Part shown: positions 59,656 to 64,000 of the stretch, one piece after another
Layout: every line of letters starts with the position of its first letter
How positions within the stretch are numbered: the first letter of the stretch is position 1
NCBI GenBank assembly: GCA_004322045.1
Contig: SCRN01000009.1
Span: forward strand, 35,949 to 99,948
Direction of reading: 5' to 3'
From: Paraburkholderia sp.
GTDB lineage: Bacteria; Pseudomonadota; Gammaproteobacteria; Burkholderiales; Burkholderiaceae
Length of the DNA: 64,000 nt
Position numbers and translations under genes: made by a program
Notes under the pieces: generated by a model
Told to the model about the DNA's origin: nothing
Databases searched by the model: none
What the model saw: only the letters and a program-made list of their open reading frames with translations

Positions 59656-61365
59656 ATGCAGGCTTGGAGTCAAACGTATATGCCGCTCGGCAGCTTAGGG
59701 TTATCCGCCCTCGCGGCCGGCATCCCCGTCTTGTTTTATTTCGTCGCGCTGGCGGGCCTAAAGCTCAAGGGGCACGTCGCGGCCGCGATCACGCTCGCGC
59801 TTTCCCTTGCGGTGGCGATCGCCGCTTATCACATGCCGGCCGCGCAAGCCTTCGCCGCCGCGGGCTACGGCTTTGCGTACGGCCTATGGCCGATCGCATG
59901 GATCATCGTGACGGCCGTGTTCCTCTATAAGATCGTCGTCAAAGCCGGGCAATTCGACATCATTCGCGCCTCGGTGCTGTCGATCACCGACGATCGCCGC
60001 TTGCAGATGCTGCTGGTCGGGTTTTCCTTCGGCGCATTTCTCGAAGGCGCCGCAGGCTTCGGCGCGCCCGTGGCCATCACGGCCGCACTGCTCGTCGGCC
60101 TCGGCTTCAATCCGCTCTACGCCGCTGGCCTGTGCCTCATGGCCAATACCGCGCCCGTCGCGTTCGGCGCGATGGGCATTCCCATCATCGTCGCCGGCCA
60201 AGTGACGGGCCTCGATCCGTTTCACATCGGCGCGATGGCTGGCCGGCAGTTGCCGCTGCTTTCGCTCTTCGTACCGTTCTGGCTCGTGTTCGTCATGGAC
60301 GGCTTGCGCGGCGTCAGACAGACGTGGCCCGCGGCGCTCGTCGCCGGCGGCAGCTTCGCAATTACGCAGTACTTCACGTCCAATCACATCGGGCCGGAGC
60401 TGCCGGACATCACCTCCGCGCTCGTGAGCCTCGTTTCGCTCACGACGTTCCTCAAGATCTGGCAGCCGCGCACGGCATCGCAAGCGGCCATGGGCGTCAC
60501 GGGCGGGGGCGCCGCGACGCTATCCGGTTTCGGCTCAGGCGGCAATGCCGCGCCGATCGCGGGCCGCAGCCGCCAAGCCTCGCCGTATACCACCGTGCAA
60601 ACGCTGCGTGCCTGGACACCGTTCGTACTCCTAACGATCATCGTCACGATCTGGAGCTTGCCTGCGTTCAAAGCGCTGTTCGCGGCGCACGGCGCGTTGG
60701 CCGGTACGGTCTTGTCGGTGCACGTTCCCGGGCTCGATCGGCTGGTGCTCAAAACCGCGCCGATCGTCGCCACGCCGAAGGCCTACGATGCTGTCTTCAA
60801 GCTCGACCTCGTCTCGGCGGTCGGCACGGCCATTCTGCTCACGGCGCTGATCTCCGCCGCCCTGCTGCGCATCAAGCCGCGCGAAGCCGTCGCCACGCTC
60901 GTGGAAACGATCGGCGAGCTGCGCCGCCCGGTGTTGTCGATCGGCCTCGTGCTCGCGTTCGCTTTCGTCGAAAACTACTCGGGCATGTCCTCCACCCTCG
61001 CTCTGTTGCTCGCGGGCACCGGCGCGGCGTTCCCGTTCTTTTCGCCGCTGCTCGGGTGGCTCGGCGTGTTTCTGACGGGCTCGGACACTTCGTCGAACGC
61101 CCTCTTCTGCTCGCTGCAACATACGACCGCGCATCAGATCGGCGTATCGGACACGTTGCTCGTCGCGGCCAACACGACAGGCGGCGTGACCGGCAAGATG
61201 ATCTCGCCGCAATCGATCGCCGTGGCGTGCGCGGCCACGGGCCTCGCGGGGCAGGAGGCGTCGCTGTTTCGCTTCACGCTGCGTCACAGCCTGTTCTTCG
61301 CGTTCATCGTCTGCGTGATGACGGTGGTGCAGGCCTATTGGCTGACGGGGATGCTCGTCCACTGA
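59656..61365 (+). CDS. lldP: L-lactate permease
   Basis: 569 aa with LctP-family sequence ([19 protein letters not shown]..., [20 protein letters not shown]). GGAGGAG lies upstream of ATG 59656. Confidence 0.9.
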   Translation: MQAWSQTYMPLGSLGLSALAAGIPVLFYFVALAGLKLKGHVAAAITLALSLAVAIAAYHMPAAQAFAAAGYGFAYGLWPIAWIIVTAVFLYKIVVKAGQFDIIRASVLSITDDRRLQMLLVGFSFGAFLEGAAGFGAPVAITAALLVGLGFNPLYAAGLCLMANTAPVAFGAMGIPIIVAGQVTGLDPFHIGAMAGRQLPLLSLFVPFWLVFVMDGLRGVRQTWPAALVAGGSFAITQYFTSNHIGPELPDITSALVSLVSLTTFLKIWQPRTASQAAMGVTGGGAATLSGFGSGGNAAPIAGRSRQASPYTTVQTLRAWTPFVLLTIIVTIWSLPAFKALFAAHGALAGTVLSVHVPGLDRLVLKTAPIVATPKAYDAVFKLDLVSAVGTAILLTALISAALLRIKPREAVATLVETIGELRRPVLSIGLVLAFAFVENYSGMSSTLALLLAGTGAAFPFFSPLLGWLGVFLTGSDTSSNALFCSLQHTTAHQIGVSDTLLVAANTTGGVTGKMISPQSIAVACAATGLAGQEASLFRFTLRHSLFFAFIVCVMTVVQAYWLTGMLVH

Positions 61366-61393
61366 CGGCCTGCGCCGCGTGGCGCGCCGGCGG

Positions 61394-62482
61394 TCAGCCC
61401 CAGGCGCGCTCCCCCTCGGCTGCGACGACCGTGCATTGCAAGCCCTGCGCTGCGCCGGCACGGTCGATCGCGGCTTCCAACTGTGCGAACGGGAAAGCCG
61501 CCACGTCAACGGCATCGAGGGAGAGCTGCCCCGAGGCCACGAGCGAAACCAGCGTCAGGTAATCGGCTCGCGTGTACATGAAGTTGCCGATCAACTCCCA
61601 ATTGTTGAGCAGCATCTCGCCGTAGGGGATCGGCAGTTCTACCTGCATGCTGCCCATCAACACGAGCCGGCCGTTGCGGCGCAGGCTTCGCAGCGCGGCG
61701 AGAGTCGCGCCGGCATCGGTGGCATGGCCAACCATGTCGAAGGCGAGATCCACCCCGCCGCCCGCGGCTTCGCGAATCGATGCGACGTCGCGCGCGCCAT
61801 CGCCCGTGAGCACGACCGGGTGCACGCGCCCCGCGCCGAGTTCGACGAGCTTGGCTAGCGCTTGGGCACGGCGGCCCAATGCGATGACGCGGCTCGCCCC
61901 TAGCGCCAGCGCAGCCAGCACCGCAGCCGAGCCGAAATAACCCGTGGCGCCGTTGACGGCGACCACTTCACCCGCGGCCAATCGCCCGCGCCGCAATCCG
62001 CCGAAGGGGACCGAGAACTTGCCGAGCGCAGCGAGGCGCGAAGACGGAATCGCATCGAGACCGTCCAAGCCAATGACCGTCGAGGCCGGGAACTCGGCCA
62101 ATTCCCGCAGCGTGCCGTGGCGGAAATCGTCGAGCAGCGGTGCGCTCGCGGCACTGATCCCGGTCAGCCCGATCAGCACTTGCTCCGGCTCCGCAACGGT
62201 TTCGTCGGCGCGCCAATAGGGATTGACGGCAACGCGCTGGCCAGGGCGAAAGCCGAATACCCCCTCTCCCACCGCTTCGATGCGGCCAACTCCGTTCGTG
62301 CCCGGCGAGAACGGCCCAGGCGGAAAGGCGTACGGCAGCTTGCCTTCCACATAGGCACGCGTGTAACTGAGCAGCGGCACGGCTTCCATACGCAGCAGCA
62401 CGGCGCCGCGCCGCGGTTGCGGTGTAGGCTCTTCGCGCAGGTCCAGGGGCTTGCCAGGTTCGTCGAGCATCCAGGCCTTCAT
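61394..62482 (-). CDS. zinc-type alcohol dehydrogenase / quinone oxidoreductase-like (MDR family)
   Basis: MKAWMLDEPGKPL N-terminus, a GroES-like domain and the Rossmann motif VNGATGYFGSAAV. Confidence 0.75.
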   Translation of the reverse strand: MKAWMLDEPGKPLDLREEPTPQPRRGAVLLRMEAVPLLSYTRAYVEGKLPYAFPPGPFSPGTNGVGRIEAVGEGVFGFRPGQRVAVNPYWRADETVAEPEQVLIGLTGISAASAPLLDDFRHGTLRELAEFPASTVIGLDGLDAIPSSRLAALGKFSVPFGGLRRGRLAAGEVVAVNGATGYFGSAAVLAALALGASRVIALGRRAQALAKLVELGAGRVHPVVLTGDGARDVASIREAAGGGVDLAFDMVGHATDAGATLAALRSLRRNGRLVLMGSMQVELPIPYGEMLLNNWELIGNFMYTRADYLTLVSLVASGQLSLDAVDVAAFPFAQLEAAIDRAGAAQGLQCTVVAAEGERAWG

Positions 62483-62565
62483 CGTCGTTTCCTCCGGTGT
62501 ATTCAAATTCATCAAGTAGGGAAATGAAATCGGACGATTGAACTCTAGACTTCGCCTAGGTATTC

Positions 62566-63510
62566 TTGAAATCAATTCTCGGCATTCGACCTATAAATGT
62601 GATTGATCTCAAAGGTGTCGACCTCAATCTGCTCGTTTCGCTCGATGCACTGCTCGAGGAATCGAATGTCACGCGCGCGGCCGCACGGTTGCATCTGACG
62701 CAGCCCGCCGTCTCGACGCAACTTGCGCGGTTGCGGCAGATGTTTGGCGATCCGCTGCTGATTCCTGCCCCGAGTGGCCGCGGCATGACGCGCAGCGCCC
62801 GCGGGACCGAGTTGATGGCGCCGCTCAAAGCCGCGCTGGCGCAAGTCGAAGCCGTCGTGCGTGGGCAACCGTCGTTCGATCCGTTCGTCGATGCGCGCCG
62901 GTTCGCGATCGCCGGAAGCGATCAGGCCGTGGCCGTGCTCGGGTTTCGTTTGATGCAGTCGTGGCCCGCCCATGCCGGGCCGAACGCGCAACTGGCGTTC
63001 GTCGCAGCGGAATCGGCCGTGAGCGTCGACCGCCTCGAGCGCGGCGAGATCGATGTCCTGATCGGCTCCGAGCGAATGGTTCCGCCGTGGGCTAAGGCGC
63101 GCAAGCTCTATGACGAGCGCTTCGTCTGCGTGCAGCGCAAAGGGCACCCGCGAGGCATCGCACCGCTCAACCTCGATACGTACTGTGCGCTAGAGCATGT
63201 GCTCGTGTCGACGAGCGGCGGCAGTTTCTTTGGGTTCATGGACGAGCACTTGCAAGCGCTGGGGCGAGCGCGCCGGGTCGCCCTTTCAGTGCAGCACTTC
63301 ACCGTCGTGCCGGAACTCCTCGCACTGACCGATTACGTCTCGACGTTGCCTGCGCGCCTCGTCACGCGCTATCGCGAGACGCTCGACGTGTTCGAGCTGC
63401 CGTTCGAGGCACGCGGCTTTGCCATGTTCGCCGCCTGGCATCCGCGCAGCCATTTGGACCCGGCCAGCGTATGGCTGCGCGATCTCCTCGCGCAAGTGGC
63501 GCAAACGTAG
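62566..63510 (+). CDS. LysR-family transcriptional regulator
   Basis: VDLNLLVSLDALLEESNVTRAAARLHLTQPAVSTQLARLR HTH. Divergent from the MDR dehydrogenase. Confidence 0.85.
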   Translation: MKSILGIRPINVIDLKGVDLNLLVSLDALLEESNVTRAAARLHLTQPAVSTQLARLRQMFGDPLLIPAPSGRGMTRSARGTELMAPLKAALAQVEAVVRGQPSFDPFVDARRFAIAGSDQAVAVLGFRLMQSWPAHAGPNAQLAFVAAESAVSVDRLERGEIDVLIGSERMVPPWAKARKLYDERFVCVQRKGHPRGIAPLNLDTYCALEHVLVSTSGGSFFGFMDEHLQALGRARRVALSVQHFTVVPELLALTDYVSTLPARLVTRYRETLDVFELPFEARGFAMFAAWHPRSHLDPASVWLRDLLAQVAQT

Positions 63511-63773
63511 ATGAAATAGGCATTGAAACGTCTTGCGACGGAACGCCTCCTTTGCTCCATCGCGACCCGCCATAGTCGCCCTGCGCGCTAGCCTCTTTCG
63601 CGGCGAAGCAGCGCAACGGCGGCCAATTAAAATGACATTTAATTACGAGCAGTCTTTTGCAAATGTTCGTCTTTGAACGCAAACGTTTGTCGAGTAGGAG
63701 CGGATTAATAAATGACTGAGATCAGCGATCATGAACTCCTAGGCAAAACACGCCCAATCGCCTGGCGTCGCAG

Positions 63774-64000
63774 TCAGATCCGCATGCACTTGCGCGACCG
63801 ATTTGCCATCTCACGCAACACCGCGTCGAGTGACGCACGTGTCCCCCGTCCGCTCGTATCGATCACCAAATCGGGATTACGTGGAATTTCATAGACATCG
63901 TTAACACCCGTGAAATTGGCGATCTCCCCGGCCCGCGCCCTTTTGTACAATCCTTTGGGGTCGCGCGCCTCACAGACAGCAAGCGGTGTTGACAGATACA
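63774..64000 (-). CDS. cysC: adenylyl-sulfate kinase C-terminal part (gene runs off the window)
   Basis: Manual minus-strand translation gives ...[41 protein letters not shown]...-stop, the conserved APS kinase C-terminal motif. It is not in the track because no Met lies inside the window. Confidence 0.7.
   Translation of the reverse strand, partial: YLSTPLAVCEARDPKGLYKRARAGEIANFTGVNDVYEIPRNPDLVIDTSGRGTRASLDAVLREMANRSRKCMRI

Noticed and set aside
63712-63894. 60-aa plus-strand ORF near the window end
   Set aside because: It is antisense to the clearly recognisable APS kinase C-terminus on the minus strand.

Overview
High-GC Burkholderia-like betaproteobacterial chromosome segment with conserved housekeeping blocks. 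These are an ABC exporter, the xdhABC xanthine dehydrogenase genes, hmgA-fahA tyrosine catabolism, gcdH, a type IV minor-pilin operon, nrdR-glyA preceded by a ZTP riboswitch, the full ybgC-tolQRAB-pal-cpoB cluster, tRNA-Lys and the lutACB-lldP lactate genes. Two AT-richer accessory insertions interrupt this backbone. The main one (about 12.75-28.65 kb, between an MFS gene and a selenium-binding-protein gene) is an orphan vgrG island read on the minus strand. In it, vgrG is translationally coupled to a 471-aa protein with no recognisable enzymatic motif and a glycine-zipper-like hydrophobic C-terminus, followed by a polytopic membrane protein. I read this as a candidate uncharacterised T6SS effector/immunity pair. 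Downstream lie two more copies of the membrane immunity gene, each preceded by a progressively more degraded copy of the effector C-terminal module. The island also carries a 5'-truncated GH19-like muramidase with an exported putative immunity protein, several orphan exported proteins, an intact IS21 element with a 7-bp target duplication, and IS4(Tn5-like) and IS5-like transposase remnants. The second, small degraded island sits at tRNA-Lys and holds an integrase remnant, a tssF 5' remnant and a putative immunity gene. Many long ORFs in the supplied track are antisense shadow ORFs typical of high-GC DNA and were not called. All assignments rest on motif recognition by eye; no searches were run.
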